Position numbers and translations under genes: made by a program
The notes under the pieces: model-generated
Databases searched by the model: none
The model's input: only the letters and a program-made list of their open reading frames with translations
What the model was told of the DNA's origin: nothing
Assembly (NCBI GenBank): GCA_016874005.1
Contig: VGVQ01000009.1
Location: forward strand, 74,158 to 138,157
Length of the DNA: 64,000 nt
Source: Gemmatimonadota bacterium
Lineage (GTDB): Bacteria > Gemmatimonadota > Gemmatimonadetes > Gemmatimonadales > GWC2-71-9
Reading direction: 5' to 3'
In this document: in pieces, positions 53,045-61,134 of the stretch
How the letters are laid out: each line of letters begins with the position of its first letter
Numbering within the stretch: the stretch's first letter is position 1

Positions 53045-53451
53045 TCCGCCGCCTGCGCCAGCGTCACCTGCTCCTCGTCACCGTCCTGATGGTTGGTGGG
53101 ACCATCGCGATCGTGGCCCAGGGCGGCTTCGCTGGGCCGCCCGTGGATCGATCGACTGACCTCCCCTCCGGACTCGGGCACCCGCCGTTTACGGGAGCGG
53201 CCGCGGCTATCGCGCAGACCCGTCAGCTCGACTCGGCCTCGGGGCCGGATCTACTGGTCTACCACGTCGAGCAAGAGGATTCGTTGGCCTTGCCGCCGCG
53301 GGCGGTCTTCCTGGGCCCCTTTCGCCGGCACCCCGCTCAGGTCGCCCGGTTGGTCGAGGGACTGCGAACCGGCGTCGTCCTGGTGTGGAGCGGCCCGCTT
53401 GGTCGGGTCGTCGCTGTGGCCCGGCTTGGCCCAGAGGGAGACGCCAAGTGA
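53041..53451 (+). CDS. membrane-anchored hypothetical protein
   Basis: The 136-aa product has an N-terminal anchor (LLLVTVLMVGGTIAIVA). It is translationally coupled to the upstream gene. I recognise no family motif. Confidence 0.4.
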   Translation: MIRRLRQRHLLLVTVLMVGGTIAIVAQGGFAGPPVDRSTDLPSGLGHPPFTGAAAAIAQTRQLDSASGPDLLVYHVEQEDSLALPPRAVFLGPFRRHPAQVARLVEGLRTGVVLVWSGPLGRVVAVARLGPEGDAK

Positions 53452-53463
53452 GCGTCCAAATAC

Positions 53464-55215
53464 GTGCCGGTCAACTGGAACCGCCAGAAACGACTTTACG
53501 ACCTCTGGGTGTCCTTGGGTACTCTGGCTCTGGTGGCGGGGTACGCCGTAGCCACCCTCGTCGTCCACCCGACCGCCACCGTCGAAACGGCTTTGATCAG
53601 GGGCCTCGGCTTCGCGGCGTTCCTGCTCCTGACCGTCATCCTGATGGTCGGACCCGCCAGCCGCCTCGACCGCCGTTTCCTGCCGTTGCTCTACAATCGC
53701 CGCCATCTCGGGGTGACCGTTGGCCTTCTCGGCCTGGCCCACGCCGCCTTCGTGCTCTTTCAGTACCACGCCCTCGGCAATACCGACCCGATCGCCAGCC
53801 TCCTCGCGATCCCGAGCACTCACGACGGGATTCCGTTCGAGTGGTACGGAATCGGGGCGGGCGTCGTCTTGTTCCTGATGGCAGCCACGAGCCATGACTA
53901 CTGGCTGTCGGTCCTCACACCGCCGGGGTGGAAGGCGCTCCACATGGCGGTGTATCCGGCCTACCTCGCCCTGCTCCTCCACGTCGGCCTGGGCCTGGGT
54001 CGCGCCGAACCCGCGCCGGTCTACCTCGCGACCGCGGGTCTGGCGGCGGTCCTGGTGGCTGCCATCCATCTGGTCGCCGCCCTCCGGGAGCGACGCGCTG
54101 ACCAGCCCGGCGGATCGGGACCTGATTGGGTCGACGTAGGGCCCGCCGATCGGATTCCCGAAGGACGGGCCATCACCCGGGTGGTCGCCGGCGAACGGGT
54201 GGCCGTCTTCCGCCACCAGGGGCGGGTCTCGGCGGTCTCGGGCGTCTGCAAGCACCAGAACGGCCCGCTCGGCGAAGGCAAGATCGTCGACGGCTGCATT
54301 ACCTGCCCATGGCACGGGTACCAGTACCGGCCCGAGGACGGAACCTCGCCGCCCCCGTTCACGGACTCGGTTCCGACCTTCAATCTCGCGGTCCGGGCCG
54401 GGAGAATCCTGGTCGACCCGGTGCCTAACCAACCTGGCACCCGGGTCGACCCGGTACCGGTGACGCCGCCGGCCGCGGTCGAGTCGGCGCCGTTCTACGT
54501 CGGCTACCTCCCGCCCCCGACCGGCCTCGTCCGGTTCCTGCGCGCCGTGCCGGCCGTGCTCCTGCTACCGCTCCTTGGCCTGATGGTGACGTTTGCCGCC
54601 GCCCAGCGTAGCTTCGATAGGGCGGTATTCGAGTATGGGACGGAGCGTACGATCCAGGGCACCGTGCGGACTGCGCCTTATCCGATGCTCGAGGTCGAAC
54701 GGCCCGGAACCGCGACCGTCAGCCGTTACCTGCTGGCCGGGTTCGGCAAACGGGGAGCCCAGGAGGCGACCGTCGGGCTCGACGGGAAGAAGGCCCGGAT
54801 CGTGGGCACCCTGGCCTACCGTGACAACCTGACCGTGCTCGAGATCGCCGGGGCCGAGCCCCTCGGACCCGGGAGGCCGGCGCCAGCGCCGCGGTCGGTG
54901 TCGGGGCGGTTGGACCTCGTTGGCGAGATCGTCGACGGCAAGTGCTACGCTGGGGTCATGAACCCGGGGCGCGGGGCGACTCACCGCGGCTGTGCCATCC
55001 GCTGTCTCGCGGGTGGTTTGACTCCCCTGTTCGTGATTCAAAACCAAGACGGAACCCTGGTGGAGATGATCCTCACGGACGACGCCGGTCACTCCCTGCC
55101 CCAAGCCGCCCGGTGGGCGGGACGCCCTGTCCAGGTATCCGGTCGGATCGAATCGCTCGACGACATCTGGTTTCTCCGCGTCGATCCTGCCACGATTCGT
55201 TCGGCGCATGACTGA
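53464..55215 (+). CDS. ferric-reductase-like transmembrane domain / Rieske [2Fe-2S] fusion protein with an uncharacterised C-terminal domain
   Basis: The N-terminal ~200 aa are polytopic with conserved-looking His residues (RRHLGV, LAHAAF, SHDYW, ALHMAVY), as in YedZ/MsrQ-type heme-b domains. A Rieske motif follows: CKHx16CPWH. After another TM segment comes a ~230-aa domain with a Cys cluster (GKCYAGVMNPGRGATHRGCAIRCLAGG). The start is a GTG. Confidence 0.65.
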   Translation: MPVNWNRQKRLYDLWVSLGTLALVAGYAVATLVVHPTATVETALIRGLGFAAFLLLTVILMVGPASRLDRRFLPLLYNRRHLGVTVGLLGLAHAAFVLFQYHALGNTDPIASLLAIPSTHDGIPFEWYGIGAGVVLFLMAATSHDYWLSVLTPPGWKALHMAVYPAYLALLLHVGLGLGRAEPAPVYLATAGLAAVLVAAIHLVAALRERRADQPGGSGPDWVDVGPADRIPEGRAITRVVAGERVAVFRHQGRVSAVSGVCKHQNGPLGEGKIVDGCITCPWHGYQYRPEDGTSPPPFTDSVPTFNLAVRAGRILVDPVPNQPGTRVDPVPVTPPAAVESAPFYVGYLPPPTGLVRFLRAVPAVLLLPLLGLMVTFAAAQRSFDRAVFEYGTERTIQGTVRTAPYPMLEVERPGTATVSRYLLAGFGKRGAQEATVGLDGKKARIVGTLAYRDNLTVLEIAGAEPLGPGRPAPAPRSVSGRLDLVGEIVDGKCYAGVMNPGRGATHRGCAIRCLAGGLTPLFVIQNQDGTLVEMILTDDAGHSLPQAARWAGRPVQVSGRIESLDDIWFLRVDPATIRSAHD

Positions 55216-56023
55216 GCCCCGTTTGGATCTCTTCTTTCCCGCAACCGCCGCGATCGCCTATCCGATCGAACCGGCCGCGGTCCCGAATTGCTCGATCGAA
55301 GCCGGACGTTACCAGGTGCGGTTCGCCAGGGCCGCCGACGATCTCGATCGGATCCTCGCCCTCCGCTACCAGATCTTCAACCTCGAACTCGGCGAAGGGC
55401 TCGACCAGTCGCACAGGAGCGGCCGCGACGAGGACGACCTCGACGGCCGAATGCATCACCTGATGATTCGCGACCGCCGTACTGACGAGGTGGTCGGAAC
55501 CTACCGGATGCAGACCGCCGACATGGCCGCCAGCCGCGGCGGCTTCTATTCGGCCCAGGAGTTCGATTTGGGACGGCTGCCGCGGGAGGTCATCGCCGCC
55601 TCGGTCGAGATCGGCCGGGCCTGCGTCGCTCGCGAGCATCGGAACGGTCGGGTCTTGAGCCTGTTGTGGCGCGGCCTCGCCGAATACCTCACCTGGAATC
55701 GGAAACACTTCCTCTTCGGGTGCTGCTCGCTCACCAGTCAGGATCCCGACCTCGGCGTCGACACCCACCGTTACCTCGAAGGGATCGGTGCGGCCCATCC
55801 AACGCTCGCCGTCCTCCCGCGGACGGGGTTCGAGTGTCGGCCAAGTCGGCCGCCGACGCCGGGGCCGGCCCACATTCCCGCCTTGTTCCAGAGCTACCTG
55901 AATCTCGGGGCCAAGGTGTTGGGACCGCCGGCGATCGACCGCCAGTTCAAGACGATCGACTGGCTGGTCATGCTCGACGTCCGGGAGATCGACCCGATGA
56001 CCTACCGCCATTTCTTCCGGTGA
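55208..56023 (+). CDS. olsB: OlsB-type N-acyl amino acid (lyso-aminolipid) synthase, GNAT-like
   Basis: The product contains ILALRYQIFNLELGEG...DEDDLDGRMHHLMIRDRRTDEVVGTYRMQ...VEIGRACVAREHRNG...ALFQSYLNLGAKV. This is the pattern of the OlsB/hemolysin-like acyltransferase family. The ATG overlaps the upstream gene by 8 nt. The head-group amino acid cannot be inferred. Confidence 0.7.
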   Translation: MTEPRLDLFFPATAAIAYPIEPAAVPNCSIEAGRYQVRFARAADDLDRILALRYQIFNLELGEGLDQSHRSGRDEDDLDGRMHHLMIRDRRTDEVVGTYRMQTADMAASRGGFYSAQEFDLGRLPREVIAASVEIGRACVAREHRNGRVLSLLWRGLAEYLTWNRKHFLFGCCSLTSQDPDLGVDTHRYLEGIGAAHPTLAVLPRTGFECRPSRPPTPGPAHIPALFQSYLNLGAKVLGPPAIDRQFKTIDWLVMLDVREIDPMTYRHFFR

Positions 56024-56874
56024 CGAATCCCGCGACGGAGGTTCGGCAGGAGGTCTACGGAGATCGTATCGGCCGTGATCTGCTCCGGCTGGTGCGTCGA
56101 GGCGAGTGGCCGGTGCTGTTCCGGCTCGGAGCCATCACCTGGTGGACCGGCGGCCTCCTGGTGGTGCTCCTGTCGGGGATGTGGCTCACCACCCCCTGGC
56201 CGAGTCGGCGGAGGCGATGGCGCAATGCCATCGTCAAGCGCTGGGCCAGGGGCATGGCCAGAATCGTGAACATGCGGATGGTGGTCGAAGGTCCGGTCCC
56301 ACCCGCGCCGTTCTTCTTGGTGTCGAACCACGTCAGCTACGTCGACATCGTCTTCTTGCTGGCCCATTTGGACGGCGTCTTCGTGGCCAAGCACGAACTC
56401 AACCAGTGGCCGGTCGTCGGCTACCTGACCCGCTTGGTGGGAACGATTTTCGTCAACCGACAAAGCCGTCGCGATTCCCTCCGCGTCATCGAGGCGATCG
56501 ATGCCCGGGTCGCCTCCGGCGATGGCGTCGTGGTCTTCCCCGAGGGCACCAGCTCGGACGGCGCTGACGTGCATCCGATGAAGGCGGCGCTGTTCGAATG
56601 GGCGGCCCAACGGGGCCACCCGATCCAGCACGCTGCCCTCCACTACCGGACCGCCGAGGGTGCTCCACCCGCGCGCGACGTCATTTGTTGGTGGGGCACG
56701 ATGTCGTTCCTACCGCACGTCCTCGATCTCTGTCGGCTGGGCGGCTTCACCGCCACGGTCCGTTTCGGAGCTGAGCCCTTGCTCGGAAACGATCGAGCCG
56801 CTCTGGCCGTACGGGCCCGTCACGCGATCGCGGCGAACTTCGTCGCGCATTCACCGAGGTCCAACTCGTTATGA
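56020..56874 (+). CDS. olsA: OlsA-type lyso-aminolipid O-acyltransferase (PlsC family)
   Basis: The GTG at 56020 overlaps the olsB stop (GTGA). An N-terminal TM helix is followed by the HX4D motif SNHVSYVD and by VVFPEGTSS. Confidence 0.7.
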   Translation: MTNPATEVRQEVYGDRIGRDLLRLVRRGEWPVLFRLGAITWWTGGLLVVLLSGMWLTTPWPSRRRRWRNAIVKRWARGMARIVNMRMVVEGPVPPAPFFLVSNHVSYVDIVFLLAHLDGVFVAKHELNQWPVVGYLTRLVGTIFVNRQSRRDSLRVIEAIDARVASGDGVVVFPEGTSSDGADVHPMKAALFEWAAQRGHPIQHAALHYRTAEGAPPARDVICWWGTMSFLPHVLDLCRLGGFTATVRFGAEPLLGNDRAALAVRARHAIAANFVAHSPRSNSL

Positions 56875-57363
56875 TCGACCCCAACCGTCAGTGCCTCGCG
56901 CAAGGCACCGAGCTACTCCAGGCTCTCACCGATGCCCAATACGCCGAGCCGCGCGGCGACTGGGCACCCGTCGGCGCCCAGTATCGTCATGTGCTCGATC
57001 ACTACCAATGCTTCCTCGACGGACTCGAGGGGGGACGGATCGATTACGACACCAGGTCCCGCGATCCGGATCTGGAGCGGAACCGGAAGGTCGCCCTCGA
57101 GGCAACGGCGCACCTCGCTGCCCGTCTGGCCGAGGCGACGGACATCGACCCCGATCGGCCCCCTGTTGATTCAACTGCAATGCGAGGCCGGTACCGAGTC
57201 ATGGAGTCGCTCGACGCTCGGGCGCGAGCTCCAGTTCCTGGTGAGTCACTCGGTTCACCACTTCGCCCTGATCAAGCTCCTCCTGGCCAACGATGGCCCG
57301 GTGCTGCCCCGGGAATTCGGCGTCGCTCCTTCGACTCTGAGCCACCAGGGCGCCCTTCGCTGA
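56871..57363 (+). pseudogene. DinB-family protein, reading frame broken by a 1-nt shift in a C5 run (authentic frameshift or sequencing error)
   Basis: The N-terminal ~97 codons (frame of 56871) read ...YRHVLDHYQCFLDGL... The C-terminal ~67 codons (frame +1) read LLIQLQCEAGTESWSRSTLGRELQFLVSHSVHHFALIKLL and end at TGA 57361-57363, 1 nt before the next start. The two frames join at CCCCC 57159-57163. Removing one C restores ...DIDPDRPLLIQLQ... Confidence 0.55.
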
Positions 57364-57364
57364 C

Positions 57365-58090
57365 GTGTGCACGGTAAGCTGGCTCCCGTCCCGGCGCGGG
57401 TACTGGCTGTTCGTGTCGCGCGATGAGCGCCTGACGCGAGCTCGCGCGGTGCCGCCGAGCCGTCGCCTGGTCGGGGCCGTCCGGATCTTGGCGCCAACCG
57501 ATGCCACGGCGCTGGGCACCTGGGTGGGCGTCAATCAGCACGGCGTCGCGGCGACGCTGCTCAACCGGTACGCGGACGCCGCCGACCTACCCACTCCGGG
57601 CACCGTGAGTCGAGGATTGCTGGTGCACTCGGTCCTGATGGCCCGCTCTGCCCCGGAGTTGATCGACCGGGTTCGGCGTGCCTCCCTCGGGCGCCATCAA
57701 CCGTTCACCATCGTGGCGATCGACAGCCGGCACCGCTGCCTGATCGGCGACTGGGACGCCCGGGAGTTCGAGGTCGACCGGGGACCGGAAGTCGGCCTGG
57801 TCCGAACCAGCTCGGGCCGGGACCAGGCCGAGGCCGAGCGCTCTCGCGCCGCCGCGTTCGCGGACCTGGCGAAAGACCAACGCCCGAGCGCCGCCCTCCT
57901 GGCCGCTTTTCACCGGGGGCATTGGCCGGCCAGGGGGCCGTTCTCGGTCTGTATGCACCGCGAGGAAGCGGCCACGAGGAGCCTCACCGTGGTGCGACTG
58001 CGGCCCACTCGGGCCACCATGTGGTATTGGGATGGCCCGCCCTGCCACCGGCCCAGGGTCGCTCGGCGGACCCTGACCCGGTCCCGATGA
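57365..58090 (+). CDS. NRDE/TANGO2-family protein
   Basis: A GTG start is followed directly by Cys ((M)CTVSWLP...), the N-terminal Cys typical of this Ntn-hydrolase-like family. The ~240 aa length also fits. This is a motif-level call from memory. Confidence 0.6.
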   Translation: MCTVSWLPSRRGYWLFVSRDERLTRARAVPPSRRLVGAVRILAPTDATALGTWVGVNQHGVAATLLNRYADAADLPTPGTVSRGLLVHSVLMARSAPELIDRVRRASLGRHQPFTIVAIDSRHRCLIGDWDAREFEVDRGPEVGLVRTSSGRDQAEAERSRAAAFADLAKDQRPSAALLAAFHRGHWPARGPFSVCMHREEAATRSLTVVRLRPTRATMWYWDGPPCHRPRVARRTLTRSR

Positions 58091-60684
58091 GCAAACGACC
58101 GAGGATCGCCCGGTGGATTCTGGCCGGGTACATCGTCTTGCTGGGACTCTCCAACGCGGTCCGCAGCGGGAACCCTCGGGGCGAACCGCCGGCGCCGGAC
58201 GAGCGCATCGTGACCATCGCGGGAGCCGACCGCGAGCTGGTCCGGATAGCATTGCGAGATACCGCCGCCGCAGGGGCAACCGGACTCCCGGTTCTGCTCC
58301 TCCACGGGAGCCCCGGCGACAACGGCGAGGTCTCTGGCATTGCCCGTCGGCTCGCGGGCAAACGACGAGCTATCGCGCCTGACCTGCCGGGGTTCGGCGG
58401 ATCGACCTGGACCATCCCCGACTACTCGATCGACGCGCACGCCCGCTACTTGCCCGCCCTGCTCGACTCACTCGGCCTCGCCAGGGTTCACGTCCTCGGC
58501 TTCAGCATGGGGGGCGGTGTGGCGCTCAAATTGGCCACCATCGCCCCGGAACGGGTGGCGTCCTTGGTCCTGCTTTCGTCGATCGGGGCCCAGGAGTACG
58601 AGTTGCTCGGCGACTACCATCTCAACCGTTCGATCCACGCCCTCCAGCTCGGACTGATCTGGGCGGTCGAAGAATTGACCCCCCATTTCGGGCGGCTCGA
58701 CGGCGGGTTTCTGACCCGGGAGTACGCCCGCAATTTCTACCACACCGACCAGCGGCCCCTGCGCGACGCGATGGCAACCTACCGGGGTCCCGCGCTGATC
58801 ATCCAGGGTGACCGAGACGGCTTGGTCCACCCGGCGGTGGCCCGAGAGTCTCACCGGCTGATGCCTCAGAGCGAGCTGGCGATGTTCGATGGCCCTGGCG
58901 CCGATCATTTCATCGCGTTTCGCCAGCCCGATTCCGTGGCCGTGCTGACGGAGCAGTTCCTCGATCGGGTCGATCGGAACGAAGCGCCGACCCGGGCCAC
59001 CGCGGACCCGGGCCGAGTCGCCTTGGCGGAGGCGCCGTTCGACCCCGGCTCGGTGCCGCCGGCGGTCGGCATCGCGCTGGTGGTGCTCGTCCTCCTGATC
59101 GCGGCCGCCACCTTCGTCAGCGAAGACCTGGCCTGCATTGCCACCGGTCTACTGGTGGCCCGGGGGACGCTGGCGTTCGGGGCCGGCACGATGGCGTGTC
59201 TGATCGGGATCTTCCTCGGCGACATCTGGCTCTTCCTGATGGGGCGATGGCTCGGCCGGCCGGCGTTGCGACGGATCCCGCTCCGGTGGTTCGTCTCGCC
59301 CGCCGCGGTCGACCGATGCGCGCGGTGGTTTGACCAGCGGGGTGCCTGGCTGATCCTGGCCACCCGCTTCGTGCCGGGGACGCGACTACCGACCTATTTC
59401 GCCGCGGGTGTGCTCCACGCCAGCGTGGTCGCCTTTCTGGGTGCCTTCCTCCTGGCCGCGGCGCTGTGGACACCGCTGCTCGTCGGGGCGAGCGCCCTCT
59501 TCGGCGACCGGGTGCTCGCCACCTTCGTCTCCTATCGGAGTTGGGCCCTCCCTTCCCTGCTGCTGCTGGCCATCGGGCTGTTCGTCCTGCTCAAGCTGGT
59601 GGTACCGCTGTTCTCCTGGCGGGGCCGGCGGTTGTTGCTCTCCCGGTGGCGACGCCTGACCCGGTGGGAGTTCTGGCCGCGCTGGGCGTTCTATCCGCCG
59701 ATCGTCGTCTACCTGCTGTGGCTGGCACTCAAACATCGGAGCCTAACGCTTTTCACCGCGGTGAATCCGGCCATCCCGGGCGGTGGCTTCGTCGGCGAAT
59801 CGAAGGCCCAGATCCTCCTGGGCCTCGCCCGGCGCCCCGAGGCGGTGGCGCGGTGGCGGCTGATTCCCGAGGCCATGCCCAGCGAGCGGCAAGGCATGGT
59901 GGCGCGGTTCATGGAGGACGCGGCTCTCGACTACCCGATCGTCCTCAAGCCCGACGTGGGCGAGCGCGGCGGTGGCGTCGGAATTCTCCGATCCGAGGCC
60001 GAAGTCGAGCGGTATCTGGCCGGAACCACCGAACCACTCATCGCGCAGGAATACGTTCCCGGCGTGGAGTTCGGGATCTTCTATTACCGGGTGCCGGGGA
60101 ACGACCGCGGCACCATCTTCGCCATCACGGACAAACGGTTCCCCACGGTGACCGGCGACGGCGCCGGCACCCTCGAGCGGCTGATCCTGGCCGACGACCG
60201 CGCCGTCTGCATGGCGCGGTTCTTTCTCGGCCTGCACGCCGAGCGACTCGACTGGGTACCGCCGAAAGGTGAGATCGTCCCCTTGGTCGTGCTGGGAACC
60301 CACAGTCGCGGCTCGGCGTTCTTCGATGGCGAGTGGATCCGGACCCCGGCGCTGGAGGCCGCCATCGACGAGCTGAGTCGGACCTTCGACGGGTTCTGGT
60401 TCGGCCGGTACGACGTGCGCGCCCCGTCTGCTGAGGCGCTGATGGCGGGGGTCGACTTCAAAGTGCTCGAGCTCAACGGGGCGACGGCGGAAGCCACCAG
60501 CATCTACGATCCGAAGAACAGCCTGATGACGGCATACCGAGTGCTCTGCCGCCAGTGGGCGATCCTGTTCGATATCGCGGGGAAGAACGTCGCGGCTGGG
60601 GCCCGTCCATCCAGCTGGCGCGAGCTGTGGGAACTGATCGGCCGGCACCGACGTTCCATTGGCGCGCACGTCGACGTGACCTGA
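58087..60684 (+). CDS. three-domain fusion: alpha/beta hydrolase - DedA/VTT membrane domain - ATP-grasp ligase
   Basis: The ATG at 58087 overlaps the upstream stop (ATGA). Residues ~1-300 have a TM anchor plus LLLHGSPGD, the nucleophile elbow GFSMGGG, and GDRDGLV...GADHF. Residues ~330-520 are DedA-like (VSEDLACIATGLLV, FLGDIWLFLMGRWLG, RFVPGTRLPTYFAAGV). Further TM helices follow. Residues ~640-865 are ATP-grasp-like (YPIVLKPDVGERGGGVGIL, LIAQEYVPGVEFGIFYY, VLELNGATAEATS). Confidence 0.7.
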   Translation: MSKRPRIARWILAGYIVLLGLSNAVRSGNPRGEPPAPDERIVTIAGADRELVRIALRDTAAAGATGLPVLLLHGSPGDNGEVSGIARRLAGKRRAIAPDLPGFGGSTWTIPDYSIDAHARYLPALLDSLGLARVHVLGFSMGGGVALKLATIAPERVASLVLLSSIGAQEYELLGDYHLNRSIHALQLGLIWAVEELTPHFGRLDGGFLTREYARNFYHTDQRPLRDAMATYRGPALIIQGDRDGLVHPAVARESHRLMPQSELAMFDGPGADHFIAFRQPDSVAVLTEQFLDRVDRNEAPTRATADPGRVALAEAPFDPGSVPPAVGIALVVLVLLIAAATFVSEDLACIATGLLVARGTLAFGAGTMACLIGIFLGDIWLFLMGRWLGRPALRRIPLRWFVSPAAVDRCARWFDQRGAWLILATRFVPGTRLPTYFAAGVLHASVVAFLGAFLLAAALWTPLLVGASALFGDRVLATFVSYRSWALPSLLLLAIGLFVLLKLVVPLFSWRGRRLLLSRWRRLTRWEFWPRWAFYPPIVVYLLWLALKHRSLTLFTAVNPAIPGGGFVGESKAQILLGLARRPEAVARWRLIPEAMPSERQGMVARFMEDAALDYPIVLKPDVGERGGGVGILRSEAEVERYLAGTTEPLIAQEYVPGVEFGIFYYRVPGNDRGTIFAITDKRFPTVTGDGAGTLERLILADDRAVCMARFFLGLHAERLDWVPPKGEIVPLVVLGTHSRGSAFFDGEWIRTPALEAAIDELSRTFDGFWFGRYDVRAPSAEALMAGVDFKVLELNGATAEATSIYDPKNSLMTAYRVLCRQWAILFDIAGKNVAAGARPSSWRELWELIGRHRRSIGAHVDVT

Positions 60685-60698
60685 CGCCGGAGCCTGCC

Positions 60699-61106
60699 AT
60701 GGACATGATGCCGCTCACCAAACCCGCCCTGATCGCGAGCTGGATCTGCCAGATCGTCGCCGCGGTGATCCTCGGCCAGACCCTCTACTTCAAGTTCACC
60801 GGGGCACCCGAGTCGGTCTATATCTTCTCGACCCTCGGCGCCGAACCCTGGGGCCGGATCGGCAGCGGGATCTTGGAACTGCTAGCGGTGGCGCTGCTGT
60901 TGTACCCCAGAACCCCGGCGATCGGAGCCGCCCTGGCCGTCGGCTTGATGGTCGGCGCCATCGGCGCCCACCTCACCAAACTGGGCATCGAGGTCCAGGG
61001 CGATCGGGGGACGCTCTTCGGGCTCGCCGTGGCGGTCGCGATTTCGTCGCTCATCGTGCTGGCCATTCGACGCCGCGAACTCCCGATCGTGGGCGGCTGG
61101 CTCTAG
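60699..61106 (+). CDS. DoxX-family membrane protein
   Basis: The 135-aa product has four hydrophobic helices and a DoxX-like pattern (GRIGSGILELLAVALLL, GAIGAHL). It starts 15 nt after the upstream stop. Confidence 0.7.
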   Translation: MDMMPLTKPALIASWICQIVAAVILGQTLYFKFTGAPESVYIFSTLGAEPWGRIGSGILELLAVALLLYPRTPAIGAALAVGLMVGAIGAHLTKLGIEVQGDRGTLFGLAVAVAISSLIVLAIRRRELPIVGGWL

Positions 61107-61134
61107 CTCGCCATCTCCCGAGGCACCAACCAGG

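Noticed and set aside
56871-57377. The 168-aa frame-0 ORF taken at face value as an intact gene.
   Set aside because: Its C-terminal 70 residues (…PVDSTAMRGRYRVMESLDARARAPVPGES…) are low-complexity, and the ORF overlaps the next gene. The +1 frame carries the conserved DinB-type helix with HHF and ends exactly before the next start. A frameshift explains the data better.
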